64,000 nucleotides of DNA from Thalassolituus sp. UBA674 (GTDB taxonomy: Bacteria > Pseudomonadota > Gammaproteobacteria > Pseudomonadales > Oceanobacteraceae), in the NCBI GenBank assembly GCA_002298335.1, contig DBNK01000033.1, positions 7,828 through 71,827 of the forward strand, in the 5' to 3' direction. The notes under the pieces were generated by a model. The model worked only from the letters and a program-made list of their open reading frames with translations. It ran no database searches and was not told the origin of the DNA. The position numbers were made by a program, and so were the translations under genes. This document shows, in pieces, positions 32,113 to 43,715 of the stretch (position 1 is the stretch's first letter; the number at the start of each line of letters is the position of its first letter).

Positions 32113-32385
32113 ATGTTCTTCAAGATTCCGCTGATTCTTGGGATGATGTATCTGTTCATCACCTCCCGTAATTACCTGCTGTGCGCGTCCACCTGGGCGG
32201 GTGTTTCCATGGTATTTGATTTCTTTTATACCGGCAGACAACTGACTGTGGACCTTCTGGTGGCTACCGCTGCCAACTTCCTGGTCGCTCTGGTGGTATT
32301 CTTCGCCCTGAGTAAGTTCAGTGATGGCCTGATGCGCTGGCTGGCGTCCTTCACCGGGATCGCAGTGCTCTTTGCCTTTGCCTGA
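32113..32385 (+). CDS. Small hydrophobic membrane protein, unknown function
   Basis: 90-aa ORF with ~3 predicted TM helices, followed by a strong terminator. Confidence 0.45.
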   Translation: MFFKIPLILGMMYLFITSRNYLLCASTWAGVSMVFDFFYTGRQLTVDLLVATAANFLVALVVFFALSKFSDGLMRWLASFTGIAVLFAFA

Positions 32386-32411
32386 TCGTCTGACCTGACC
32401 ACCAGAAACGG

Positions 32412-32439
32412 AAACGGCCGGTAATTACCGGCCGTTTTT
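32412..32439. terminator. Perfect 26-nt palindrome plus T-run terminator
   Basis: AAACGGCCGGTAATTACCGGCCGTTT followed by TT, between the small membrane ORF (+) and the convergent C-N hydrolase gene (-). Confidence 0.8.
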
Positions 32440-32471
32440 CGTTATTCTCTGCAGACTGCTGTTGAACAGTT

Positions 32472-33266
32472 TCAGCGGTTAAGAGGCATTTTCTCCCGCA
32501 CCGACTGCAGATACGCCAGATCGACCTGCCCACAGACCACGCCCGGCGCTTCTTCCAGCCCGGCAACGACCTTACCCCAGGGATCAATCAGCACAGAGTG
32601 TCCCCAGGTCTGCCGTTTGTCGTCGTGCCAGCCACACTGATTTGCTGCCAGCACATAGCATTGCTGCTCCACCGCCCGTGCCCGTAACAGAATCTCCCAG
32701 TGTGCTTCGCCGGTACGGTGGGTAAAGGCCGCCGGGACCACAATGATTTCAGCACCGGCTTTGCGCAAGGCCTCGTACTGCTGCGGAAAACGCAGGTCAA
32801 AACAGATGCTCAGCCCGACCTTACCTGCCGGAGTATCTATCACGCGGATGTCACTGCCCGGCGCGAAGCGCTCGGATTCCATATAGCGCCCCTGCGCGTC
32901 GCCGACATCCACATCAAACAGATGAATCTTGTCATAACGCGCGATCTGCTCGCCCTGATCATTGAACACCAGCAAGGCAGAACGGACGCGCGGATCGCCA
33001 TCCGGGGCTGGCTGTGGCACAGCACCTGCCAACAGCCAGACACCCTGCTGTCTGGCCAGATCCGCCAGCCAGACTGTGTGCTCAGGATTGTCGGCGATTT
33101 CCCGGTAGCGCTGCGGATCCATACTCAGACACATTTCCGGCAACAGAACCAGTTGTGCCCCCTGAGCCGCCGCAGCGGCGACCAGCGCTGCCAGTGCTGC
33201 CTTATTGTCTTCAATACTGGCCGTACTGCTGCACTGTACGGCAGCTACTCTGGCGGAATCAGTCAT
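32472..33266 (-). CDS. Carbon-nitrogen hydrolase (nitrilase superfamily, YafV/Nit-like)
   Basis: 264 aa with the Glu-Lys-Cys triad context (LVLLPEM..., YDKIHLFD, GLSICFDLRFP). Confidence 0.88.
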   Translation of the reverse strand: MTDSARVAAVQCSSTASIEDNKAALAALVAAAAAQGAQLVLLPEMCLSMDPQRYREIADNPEHTVWLADLARQQGVWLLAGAVPQPAPDGDPRVRSALLVFNDQGEQIARYDKIHLFDVDVGDAQGRYMESERFAPGSDIRVIDTPAGKVGLSICFDLRFPQQYEALRKAGAEIIVVPAAFTHRTGEAHWEILLRARAVEQQCYVLAANQCGWHDDKRQTWGHSVLIDPWGKVVAGLEEAPGVVCGQVDLAYLQSVREKMPLNR

Positions 33267-36200
33267 TTTTCAGTCCGAAAATACTCAGGAATCGATCCAG
33301 GAAACTGCGGCTGGTTTTACCCTCAACACTGTTGTCGAAAGCCTTGTTCAGCTGCACATCCGGTTGTGACACGGTCCCTTTGATCGAGTAACTGGCACTG
33401 GTAAAGCGCTCCAGCTCATCCCCGACAAGGCGCTCCGTGACATAAATGGATGCCGCCACTGGCGGCGCGAATCCTGCCAGCACGGCCACCAGCGGTAATG
33501 TACCTGTGATCGGGAAAGTCACCGCCAGTTTCATATCCAGTTCACCAGTGTTGAGATCCGTCATACCGGCAATCAGCAATTTGCCACCCGGTCCTTCCAG
33601 CGTCACCGGTTCGGTCAGGGTCATTACCCCATCGACGATATCGGCTTTGCCTTTCAGGGTATCAAACGCCATGCCGGAATTAACCACATCGGTAAAATCG
33701 AGACGCAGGCGGCGGAAAATGGAGTTCACATTCAGCGCACCGACAGCACGCATGGCGGCCGCACCTTCAAGGTCCACAGAGCCGTCCTTGACGCGCATGG
33801 CGATGTTGCCATTCAGTGTCTGGGTGTTGAACCCCAGTGGCGAACCGGCCCAGCCCAGGTTCACCTGGCTGTCCATCTCTTTGCCTTTGACAATGGCCTG
33901 CTGGCGGAAGGCTTTCTGCACTTCCTCGACATTAGTGGCACGCAACTCCAGCCCGCTGATGTCAGTATGGTGGACGCCATCCTGCCAGGTCCAGTCCATC
34001 GGTCCGGTGATGTGCAGACCTTTCATATCGGTATTGAGGAAATTCACCCGTACACCGTTGTGCAGCGGACGGCTGTTGAGCTGCCAGTAACCGAAGTTGC
34101 GCGTGCCCATATAGAGCTCCTGCAGCTCCACATCCATGGCGACAACATCGGTCGGTAATACATCTTCCAGTGGATCGGGCGGTATGGTTTCCGTTGCAGC
34201 CTCATCAGCCGCTTCGGAACCGGCAGACACCCTTGCTTCCGCCGAAGGGTCTGCAGCAGACGGATCTCCGGTTTCGCCATCATCAGGCAGGTGCACGTAA
34301 TCCAGCGCCAGAATCAGCGGAGCCTGAGTGTCTTTGGGGATTGTCACGGTACCTGCGACCAGATCGCTGTCGATGCGCAGATTCCACTCGCCATTCTCCT
34401 GCTGTCCCTTAACGGCTGTCTTGCCGGAGGCATAATCCCAGGCATCGATGGCGGCCAGCGTCAGATCGACAGATGCCACCGGATTGGTGTTACCCAGAGC
34501 GTCAGCACGGGCCACCTGGCCACTGCGGGCAGCCTGTTTATCCGCCTGCTCTGACAGCGTCAGCATACGGTCGAACACATCCCACCAGGGTTCGGCGGAG
34601 ATTTCTTTGTCGATATGACCCAGAATCTGAATACCGGTACCTTCGGTCTGTTGCGGCGTATCACCACCAATCACTACCTGACCGCGCGGCTCTGCGGTCT
34701 CTGCATCGAGTGTCAGCGCCGTGCGGATCAGGTTGTCGTAGTTGATGTTCAGCCGGGTTTCGTTCCCGGAACGGATCAGGGTCGTCAGTGCGCGGGATTC
34801 TTCAGCAGTTTTCCCTGCCGGATACGGCAGATCAATCACCGTACCGGTCAGGTCTGACTCCAGGAGTATCTGAACAGGGTCAGCCGCTGCCGGATCAATA
34901 AACAGCTCAGTGTGGTAATTCAGTGAGCCGCTGACCGGATCAAGCAGGAACAGATCCAGCCATTGCGCCAGCGGGTCCCACTGGGCCTCACCCTGACCGC
35001 TCAGGGTAATCAGATAGTTATCCTTCACCACCTGCGAGCCGATACCGGCCTGCAGCTGCCCACCGAACAGAGACGCTGTGAGGTTCTCGGCCCACAGGCC
35101 ACTGTCGCTGTTAAAGCTCAGGGCACCGTTAATACCGGTGATATCCAGATCCAGATCGGTGATGTGTATGCGTGAATTACTGAGCTGCGTGGTCAGGTCA
35201 ACCTGTGGATCACTGTTGTCGTCGCTCAGGGATACCTTCAGGTTGAGGTCAGTGGTGGCCTGTCCTTCGGCTTTCCAGGACGACAGCGCATCATCCAGCA
35301 CCTCTGCCAGCGGTGTGCTCTGCAGATACGACAGAGCTTCCGCCGTGCGGCCCCGGATACTTCCCTTCACAGACAGCAGGGTTTCGTCACCGACTGAGCG
35401 TATCTGGACACGGCCGGACTGTCCGGTCACCGTGCCGCCAAGCGTCCGTCCTTCATACACATCGACATCAACATCCGGCGCATCGAGGAACACATGCCCC
35501 TTCACGCCCGTGACTTCGGGCCAGCCATCCAGATAGTTCAGGCGCGCATTCTCGGCTTCCAGCGAGAGCTGGGTCGTCAGGGTGCCGGGCGGCGCATCGT
35601 CACCGAGTGTGCCATCAAGGACAAAGCCGACCTGCGACAGATCACCTTCCAGCAGACCAGCGTCGAGCCAGCCGTTAATCGCCGGATCAATAATGTCCGG
35701 CACCAGTTTCTGCTGCAAAGCGACAGGGCCCTGCTCAACACCCAGGATCAGTGCGATGTGGTTTTCGACATCGGCATGATCACGCGGAATCCGCAGCGAG
35801 AAATCACCCCGGACACGGGTGCCGTCCAGATGGGCATCCAGGCCCTGCAGCTGCAGGCGGAACAGGTCCGGTTCGATCTCCCAGTAAAAGTCTGCACTGG
35901 CATCAGTCAGATCCCAGGCAGGCTGGTAGATGTCCGGCAGATGCATGGTCAGATCGTTATCGCGGATATAGGCGACACCGCCGTATTTCTGCAGGTGTAC
36001 TTTACCGTCTGCCCGCGCCAGTGACGGAATGCCTTTATAGGGCTCTACTGCCAGATCACTGACATCGGCGCGGAAATCAAAATCTCCGCTGCCGTAAAGG
36101 TACGAAACGCGCACATTCTGCGCCTGCCCCGCCGGAGACAGGTTGTCCAGATAACGGTCAAACGGCTCTGGCATCAGATTGAAATCCAGCAGGAACTGGC

Positions 36201-37269
36201 TGGCTTCCGCCAGATCGGTCGCCGGGATACGCACATTCCAGCCGCGCTGCTCCGGCAGGCGTACAGAGCTCAGGCGTACTTCCTGAATCGGCAGGGGTTC
36301 GGCGAACTTCGGCAGAATCTGCAGGTGCCAGTCTTCGTCTGTGCGTTCGCCCGAGATCATCAGGGTGCCACGGGTCAGATTCAGCTGGTTCTCCGGTGCC
36401 TGAACACTGAATTCGGGAACAACAGCGCGGATATAGAGAGACTTCAGATCACCGTCAGACAGGGACAACCAGCCTTCGAGGCTGGCGCGCATGCTGCCGA
36501 TCGACAGATCGCGGGGCAGATGTTCCGGCACCCAGCGAGACCACTGCTGCTCGTCCACCAGCAGGTAGACATCGCCATCCTGCTGCCCCAGCGGCCACAG
36601 CTGTCCGCGGATATCAGCACTGACAAAGATGTCTGCGATGTCATCGTTCAGTCCCCAGGCAATATCCCCTTCCAGCGAGTGCTGTGACCCCTGGTTTCGC
36701 CAGGACACCCGGCGGATGATCAGACTTTCGGTGACGCCGTCCGGGTGCTGATTAGTCACCTGCCAGTCGCGCAGCACAATGTTGTCCTGCCGCTCCAGCC
36801 AGTCGAGCCAGCCCGGCCGGGTATTCAGGGCACTCAGATCGGGCATTTTACCGCCGCTTTTCTGCTCCAGCGGGTTAGGCAGATTCAGCCGGTTGAGCAA
36901 TTCCTGCTGCAGTACAAGGTCTACGCGGTCAATGAGGATACGCTTGAATACCGGCAGGCGGTGAAACAGGGTGGAACTGAGGTCGAGTTCAGCCGCTACC
37001 GTATCAATCGTAAGACGGGTATCGCCCTCACCAATGACCAGATCCTGCAACGTCACCACAGGGGAAAACAGCGACCAGCCTCCCTCAAAGTGACCGATGG
37101 TTACCGGCTCGCCAATCTGCGCTGAGAGCATATCCTGCAGGCGCGGTGCCTGGGTCTCGAGCAATGGCATGACGACAAGACGTCCGCCGATGACGTAGAG
37201 AGACAGCAGCCCCGCTGCCATAAGCAGAGTGATGAAAAGCTGTAACAGGAACGACCGGATCAGCGCCAT
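33259..37269 (-). CDS. yhdP: YhdP family (AsmA-like) envelope lipid-transport protein
   Basis: 1336 aa with an N-terminal TM anchor, in the conserved position downstream of rng. Long beta-rich repeat-like sequence. Confidence 0.88.
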   Translation of the reverse strand: MALIRSFLLQLFITLLMAAGLLSLYVIGGRLVVMPLLETQAPRLQDMLSAQIGEPVTIGHFEGGWSLFSPVVTLQDLVIGEGDTRLTIDTVAAELDLSSTLFHRLPVFKRILIDRVDLVLQQELLNRLNLPNPLEQKSGGKMPDLSALNTRPGWLDWLERQDNIVLRDWQVTNQHPDGVTESLIIRRVSWRNQGSQHSLEGDIAWGLNDDIADIFVSADIRGQLWPLGQQDGDVYLLVDEQQWSRWVPEHLPRDLSIGSMRASLEGWLSLSDGDLKSLYIRAVVPEFSVQAPENQLNLTRGTLMISGERTDEDWHLQILPKFAEPLPIQEVRLSSVRLPEQRGWNVRIPATDLAEASQFLLDFNLMPEPFDRYLDNLSPAGQAQNVRVSYLYGSGDFDFRADVSDLAVEPYKGIPSLARADGKVHLQKYGGVAYIRDNDLTMHLPDIYQPAWDLTDASADFYWEIEPDLFRLQLQGLDAHLDGTRVRGDFSLRIPRDHADVENHIALILGVEQGPVALQQKLVPDIIDPAINGWLDAGLLEGDLSQVGFVLDGTLGDDAPPGTLTTQLSLEAENARLNYLDGWPEVTGVKGHVFLDAPDVDVDVYEGRTLGGTVTGQSGRVQIRSVGDETLLSVKGSIRGRTAEALSYLQSTPLAEVLDDALSSWKAEGQATTDLNLKVSLSDDNSDPQVDLTTQLSNSRIHITDLDLDITGINGALSFNSDSGLWAENLTASLFGGQLQAGIGSQVVKDNYLITLSGQGEAQWDPLAQWLDLFLLDPVSGSLNYHTELFIDPAAADPVQILLESDLTGTVIDLPYPAGKTAEESRALTTLIRSGNETRLNINYDNLIRTALTLDAETAEPRGQVVIGGDTPQQTEGTGIQILGHIDKEISAEPWWDVFDRMLTLSEQADKQAARSGQVARADALGNTNPVASVDLTLAAIDAWDYASGKTAVKGQQENGEWNLRIDSDLVAGTVTIPKDTQAPLILALDYVHLPDDGETGDPSAADPSAEARVSAGSEAADEAATETIPPDPLEDVLPTDVVAMDVELQELYMGTRNFGYWQLNSRPLHNGVRVNFLNTDMKGLHITGPMDWTWQDGVHHTDISGLELRATNVEEVQKAFRQQAIVKGKEMDSQVNLGWAGSPLGFNTQTLNGNIAMRVKDGSVDLEGAAAMRAVGALNVNSIFRRLRLDFTDVVNSGMAFDTLKGKADIVDGVMTLTEPVTLEGPGGKLLIAGMTDLNTGELDMKLAVTFPITGTLPLVAVLAGFAPPVAASIYVTERLVGDELERFTSASYSIKGTVSQPDVQLNKAFDNSVEGKTSRSFLDRFLSIFGLKND

Positions 37270-37275
37270 CCGCGG

Positions 37276-38745
37276 TTACTGCAGAATGATGTCGTATTCA
37301 TCCTGCCGGTAGCGTCCTTCTACCTGGAGGCGGATGGTTTTGCCGATAAAGGCTTCAAGATCGGCCAGGCCGTGACTGTCTTCGTCGAGTAAGCGGTCCA
37401 CCACTTCCTGACTGGCCAGTACCAGATAGGTCCCGGCGTTGTAGGCACGCTCTTCGCGCAGAATTTCGCGGAAGATCTCGTAACAGATGGTCTCGGCGGT
37501 TTTCACCGAGCCGCGTCCCTGACAGGCGCTGCAGGGCTCCATCAGCATATGCTCAAGGCTCTCGCGCGTGCGCTTGCGCGTCATCTCCACCAGCCCGAGT
37601 TCAGACACGCCACTGATTTTGGTTTTGGTGTGGTCTTTCTCCAGTACCTTCTCAAGCATGCGCAGTACCTGACGCTGATGTTCCACATCCGTCATGTCGA
37701 TAAAGTCGAGGATGATGATGCCGCCAAGATTGCGCAGCCGCACCTGACGGCCAATAGCAGTGGCGGCTTCGAGGTTGGTCTTGAAGATCGTATCTTCGAG
37801 GTTACGGCGGCCGACAAAGCCACCGGTATTCACATCAATGGTGGTCATGGCCTCGGTCTGATCAATGACCAGATAACCGCCGGATTTAAGGGCTACCTGA
37901 CGTTCAAGGCCACGCTGGATGTCTTCTTCGACGTTGTACAGCTCAAAGATCGGTCCCGGGCCTTTGTAGTACTCAATGGTCTCAGCCACTTCCGGCACAT
38001 ACTGCTGACAGAACTGATCGATTTTCTGGTACGTCTCGTTGGAGTCGATCAGGATCTTGGTCGTCTCGGGGCGCGCCAGATCGCGGATGGCGCGCTGTGA
38101 CAGCGGCAGCTCATCGTAGATCATACTGGGCAGCGGGTTGTCTTTGATGCGCTCTTCAAGCTTGCGCCACAGGCGGCGCAGGTAACGCACGTCGGCCAGA
38201 ATCTCGTCTTCACCGACGCCATCGGCTGCCGTGCGCAGGATAAATCCGGCTTCACCAGTGAGGCCTTCGGATTCCATGCAGCCGGTCACCAGCCGCTTCA
38301 GGCGTTCGCGCTCGCTCTCTTCCTCGATGCGTTGTGACACCCCCAGATGCGCAGTCCCCGGCATGTACACCAGATAGCGAGAAGGGATGGAAAGGTGCGT
38401 TGTCAGGCGTGCGCCTTTGGTGCCGATCGGGTCTTTCGTGACCTGCACAATCAACGACTGACCTTCACGCACCAGCTGCACAATCGGGGCGTTATTGTCG
38501 CGGCTGATTTCTGAGCTGTGAATAAAGGCCGCACGCTCAAGACCGATATCAACAAACGCTGCCTGCATACCCGGCAGCACACGCACCACCCGGCCTTTAT
38601 AAATATTGCCGACCAGTCCGCGGTGATTGGAGCGTTCTATGAATATTTCCTGAAGAACACCGTTTTCGACTACCGCCACGCGGCTTTCGGTCGGTGTTAC
38701 GTTCATCAGAATTTCAGCATTTACCATCGGTTGTCCATCTGCCAT
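37276..38745 (-). CDS. rng: Ribonuclease G
   Basis: S1 domain plus RNase E/G catalytic core (GGIIILDFIDM). The start may be M7 at 38727 (MVNAEILMNVTP...). Confidence 0.95.
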   Translation of the reverse strand: MADGQPMVNAEILMNVTPTESRVAVVENGVLQEIFIERSNHRGLVGNIYKGRVVRVLPGMQAAFVDIGLERAAFIHSSEISRDNNAPIVQLVREGQSLIVQVTKDPIGTKGARLTTHLSIPSRYLVYMPGTAHLGVSQRIEEESERERLKRLVTGCMESEGLTGEAGFILRTAADGVGEDEILADVRYLRRLWRKLEERIKDNPLPSMIYDELPLSQRAIRDLARPETTKILIDSNETYQKIDQFCQQYVPEVAETIEYYKGPGPIFELYNVEEDIQRGLERQVALKSGGYLVIDQTEAMTTIDVNTGGFVGRRNLEDTIFKTNLEAATAIGRQVRLRNLGGIIILDFIDMTDVEHQRQVLRMLEKVLEKDHTKTKISGVSELGLVEMTRKRTRESLEHMLMEPCSACQGRGSVKTAETICYEIFREILREERAYNAGTYLVLASQEVVDRLLDEDSHGLADLEAFIGKTIRLQVEGRYRQDEYDIILQ

Positions 38746-39299
38746 ACCGGTACATCAGACTCTCTGAGCAGGGCAGCAGTTTCCGTCAGAGGCAGCCCGA
38801 CCACATTACTGTAACTGCCTTTTATGTCAGCCACGAGAATGGCACCGAATCCCTGGATGCCATAAGCACCGGCTTTATCCAGTGGCTCGCCGGTGGCCAC
38901 ATAGGCCTCAATTTCTGCGCTGGACAGTTCGCGGAAGTGCACATCCGTGCTGACCACCAGAGAACGGGCCTCGCCATCTTTTACCACAGCCACCGCGGTC
39001 AGAACCTGATGCGAACGCCCGGACAGGGCCGTCAGCATACGGACAGCATCATCGGCGCCATCCGGCTTTACCAGTATTTCACCAGCACACACGACTGTGG
39101 TATCAGAACCCAGCACGGCTTCATGCGGATAACGTTGCGCTACGGCCAGCGCTTTTTCCCGCGCCATACGTTCAACGTATGCTTCCGGGCGCTCATCCAC
39201 CAGTATTGTTTCGTCAATATTTGCAGGGTCGACGGTAAAAATGACGCCGATCTGTGTCAGCAGTTCCCGCCGCCGTGGTGAGGCAGACGCCAGAATCAT
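38721..39299 (-). CDS. maf: Maf-like nucleoside triphosphate pyrophosphatase
   Basis: The start is set at MILASASPRRRELL (39299), overlapping the mreD stop. AGAYGIQG motif. Confidence 0.9.
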   Translation of the reverse strand: MILASASPRRRELLTQIGVIFTVDPANIDETILVDERPEAYVERMAREKALAVAQRYPHEAVLGSDTTVVCAGEILVKPDGADDAVRMLTALSGRSHQVLTAVAVVKDGEARSLVVSTDVHFRELSSAEIEAYVATGEPLDKAGAYGIQGFGAILVADIKGSYSNVVGLPLTETAALLRESDVPVWQMDNRW

Positions 39300-39772
39300 C
39301 AGCGGATCCTCTGCAGAACCACATAGCCCACGGCATACACCCAGGGCCACATCAGAGCCGTCAGAGCCGCCGGTGTCAGCAGCATCACCGGGCGCGGATC
39401 GCCGATCAGCACCACCATGGCCCAGTAGCGCAGTACCTGCACCCCCAGAACCAGCATAAAAATCGTCGCGGCCTGCTGCAGGATATTAAACAGATACAGG
39501 CGCCGGTACAGCAACTGCAGCATACCGATGTAGACCGCCATCAACATGACATTGAGGCCAAGCGGGGCACTGTATTCGATGTCCAGCAGCAGACCGAGCG
39601 GAATACACAGCCACATCCCCGCCACTTCCGGCGTCACCAGTACCAGGACGGTTACCACCAGCAGGATCCAGCCAGGCTGAAACCAGTCGATGATGGGTGG
39701 CAGCGGCAGATGCTCAAGCACAAAGGCGAGGAACAGCATGCCCAGGGCATAAAACAGACGGGTCATGCTCAT
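39299..39772 (-). CDS. mreD: Rod shape-determining protein MreD
   Basis: 157-aa polytopic membrane protein. ATGA overlap with the mreC stop. Confidence 0.88.
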   Translation of the reverse strand: MSMTRLFYALGMLFLAFVLEHLPLPPIIDWFQPGWILLVVTVLVLVTPEVAGMWLCIPLGLLLDIEYSAPLGLNVMLMAVYIGMLQLLYRRLYLFNILQQAATIFMLVLGVQVLRYWAMVVLIGDPRPVMLLTPAALTALMWPWVYAVGYVVLQRIR

Positions 39773-40632
39773 GATTTGTCCTGCCAGAGTTCCACCGGAG
39801 GGACGCGGCCAGCATCGTGGGTGAATACCAGCAACAGATGACGGCTGCGGTCGAGGTGAGCGGTCGGCTTCGCGTGAATCGTGGCGTAGGACTCACCCGG
39901 AATATTCTCCACCGTGGTGACTTCCGCCACCGGATAACCCGCCGGATAACGTCCGCCCAGACCCGAGCTGATCAGGGTATCACCCACCTTGATGTCCGCC
40001 GTGTTGGGCACGTAAATCAGGTCCAGCTGACTCAGTGAGCCGGTTCCCACCGCCACAGCACGCACCCCATTACGGTTTACCTGCACCGGAATGGCGTGGT
40101 TGTTATCAGCAATCATCAGCACCCGGGCGCTGAATGGCAGCACATCAATCACCTGCCCCAGCAGACCATGGGCATCCAGTACCGGCTGACCGACGAATAC
40201 ACCGTCAGAGCCACCTTTATCAATAATGATCTGCTGGGTGTAAGGATCCGGATCCACCGCTGTCACCGACGTGATCAGGACATCATCCTGCACTTTGGTG
40301 GAGGCTGACAGCAGCTTGCGCAGCTCCATATTTTCCACCTCAAGAGCGGCCAGACGCTGGACTTTGTTTTCCAGAATGAAATTGCGCGAACGCAGCTGAT
40401 CGTTCTGTTTCATCAACTTTTCGCGGCTGGACGCCGAGTCACCCAACCAATAAATCACCGATTGTGGGGCCAGTGCGATTTTCTGTGGCGGAACAAGAAC
40501 GTAACCAATGGCATAGCGCACTGGCTTGAGGTAAGACGTGTTCTGGTCCAGCCACATAAGGGCCAGACACAGGACAGCAATAACCGCGAGGCGCTGCCCG
40601 AGAAACTGTGGGGTCTGGAACTGGTAATTAAT
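39769..40632 (-). CDS. mreC: Rod shape-determining protein MreC (start probably non-canonical; see findings)
   Basis: The first ATG (40557) lies inside the conserved N-terminal TM helix. The in-frame upstream codons encode ...FQTPQFLGQRLAVIAVLCLAL. The only near-cognate start after the in-frame stop (40648-40650) is ATT at 40632-40630, with AGGA 7 nt upstream. Confidence 0.8.
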   Translation of the reverse strand: MNYQFQTPQFLGQRLAVIAVLCLALMWLDQNTSYLKPVRYAIGYVLVPPQKIALAPQSVIYWLGDSASSREKLMKQNDQLRSRNFILENKVQRLAALEVENMELRKLLSASTKVQDDVLITSVTAVDPDPYTQQIIIDKGGSDGVFVGQPVLDAHGLLGQVIDVLPFSARVLMIADNNHAIPVQVNRNGVRAVAVGTGSLSQLDLIYVPNTADIKVGDTLISSGLGGRYPAGYPVAEVTTVENIPGESYATIHAKPTAHLDRSRHLLLVFTHDAGRVPPVELWQDKS

Positions 40633-40773
40633 AACGCAGTCCTGTGATCATGGAAAACCTGAACTATACCAGCAAAACCGCCGTAACACCGCCTGCAGAT
40701 TGCCCTGCAGAGCGCTGATGGCGGGCTTTGAGGTACCCAGCTGACGCCTCTGCGTCAGTGAGAGACGTTATTA

Positions 40774-41904
<1,131 letters not shown>

Positions 41905-41935
41905 TTATTTTTCTTTTGCCTTTACAGGACATCGA

Positions 41936-42223
41936 ATGAGTCTGGATCAGGAACAGGTCCGCAAAATTGCGGCACTGGCAAAACTTAAGATCGACGATAC
42001 TCAGATCACCGCCTATCAGGAAAATCTGAGCAATATTCTGGAGCTGGTGGATCAGCTGTCCGCCGTCGACACCGCCAGTGTTGAACCCATGGCCCACCCG
42101 CTGGACGCTGTGCAGCGCCTGCGTGCCGATGTGGTCACCGAAGAAAACCAACGCGAACACTTCCAGAAAATCGCGCCCGCCGTGGATCAGGGTCATTACC
42201 TGGTTCCACGCGTCGTTGAATGA
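41936..42223 (+). CDS. gatC: Asp/Glu-tRNA amidotransferase subunit C
   Basis: [21 protein letters not shown]..., 95 aa. Confidence 0.93.
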   Translation: MSLDQEQVRKIAALAKLKIDDTQITAYQENLSNILELVDQLSAVDTASVEPMAHPLDAVQRLRADVVTEENQREHFQKIAPAVDQGHYLVPRVVE

Positions 42224-42239
42224 TAGTGGTGAGATAACA

Positions 42240-43703
42240 ATGTCCGACGCAATGCATACCAAGACCATCGCCCAGATCTCTGCCGATCTGGCCGCCGGCA
42301 CCTACTCCAGTGTGGAGATCACCACCGACCTGCTGGCCCGCATCAAACGCGAAGATCAGGCCATCAACAGCTTTATTACGGTGACCGAAGAACAAGCACT
42401 GGCCCAGGCCAGAGCCGCCGACGCCGCCCGTGCCGCAGGCAACGCCAGTGTCTGGACCGGTGTCCCCATGGCCCACAAAGACATCTTCTGCACCAACGGT
42501 GTACTGACCACCTGTGGCTCAAAGATGCTGAGCAACTTTGAAGCGCCGTACGACGCCACCATCGTTGAGAACTTCAACAAGGCCGGTGCCGTATCTCTGG
42601 GTAAAACCAACATGGACGAGTTCGCTATGGGCTCCTCCAACGAAACCTCGTATTTCGGTGCCGTAAAAAACCCGTGGGATCACGACCGTGTACCGGGTGG
42701 TTCTTCCGGTGGCTCAGCGGCGGCCGTGGCGGCGCGTCTGGTGCCCGCTGCAACCGCGACGGATACCGGCGGCTCCATCCGTCAGCCGGCGGCACTGTGT
42801 GGCGTCACCGGCATCAAGCCGACCTACGGCCGTGTTTCGCGCTGGGGCATGATCGCCTTTGCCTCCAGCCTTGATCAGGCTGGCACCATGACCCGCACCG
42901 CAGAAGACTCCGCGCTGATGCTCAACGTCATGGCCGGATTCGATCCGAAAGACTCGACCAGCATGGATCGTGAAGTACCGGATTACACCGCCACCCTGAA
43001 CAACAGCATCGAAGGCATGACCATCGGCCTGCCGAAAGAATATTTCCGCGACGACATCAGCGCCGAGATGCAGCAGCAGGTACGCAACGCCATCGCCGAA
43101 TACGAAAAAATGGGCGCGAAAGTGAAAGAAATTTCGCTGCCGAACACCCACCTCGCCGTACCGGTTTACTACGTGGTCGCCCCGGCGGAATGTTCCGCCA
43201 ACCTGTCGCGCATGGACGGCGTACGCTTCGGCTACCGCTGTGACAACCCGCAGGACATTGAAGACCTCTACCTGCGTTCACGCAGTGAAGGTTTCGGCGC
43301 AGAAGTAAAACGCCGCATCATGGTTGGTGCCTATGCGCTGTCCGCCGGTTTCTACGACGCCTACTACAAAAAAGCGCAGCAGGTCCGCCGTCTGATCAAA
43401 AACGATTTTGTCGAAGCCTTTAAAGAGGTCGACATCATCATGAGCCCCACCTCCCCGACACCAGCATTTAAATTCGGTGAAAAAGGCGGCGACCCGGTGG
43501 CCATGTACCTTGAAGATATTTTCACCATTGCCACCAACCTCGCCGGTCTGCCCGGCATGTCGGTACCGTGCGGTCAGGTTAACGGGCTCCCCGTTGGTCT
43601 GCAGATGATCGGTAATTTCTTTGACGAAGCCCGTATGCTCAACGCTGGTCATCAGTTCCAGCAGGCAACCGACTGGCATTTAAAAGCACCGGCAGGCATT
43701 TAA
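42240..43703 (+). CDS. gatA: Asp/Glu-tRNA amidotransferase subunit A
   Basis: Amidase signature [13 protein letters not shown], 487 aa. Confidence 0.97.
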   Translation: MSDAMHTKTIAQISADLAAGTYSSVEITTDLLARIKREDQAINSFITVTEEQALAQARAADAARAAGNASVWTGVPMAHKDIFCTNGVLTTCGSKMLSNFEAPYDATIVENFNKAGAVSLGKTNMDEFAMGSSNETSYFGAVKNPWDHDRVPGGSSGGSAAAVAARLVPAATATDTGGSIRQPAALCGVTGIKPTYGRVSRWGMIAFASSLDQAGTMTRTAEDSALMLNVMAGFDPKDSTSMDREVPDYTATLNNSIEGMTIGLPKEYFRDDISAEMQQQVRNAIAEYEKMGAKVKEISLPNTHLAVPVYYVVAPAECSANLSRMDGVRFGYRCDNPQDIEDLYLRSRSEGFGAEVKRRIMVGAYALSAGFYDAYYKKAQQVRRLIKNDFVEAFKEVDIIMSPTSPTPAFKFGEKGGDPVAMYLEDIFTIATNLAGLPGMSVPCGQVNGLPVGLQMIGNFFDEARMLNAGHQFQQATDWHLKAPAGI

Positions 43704-43715
43704 GGGGTATTAAAG

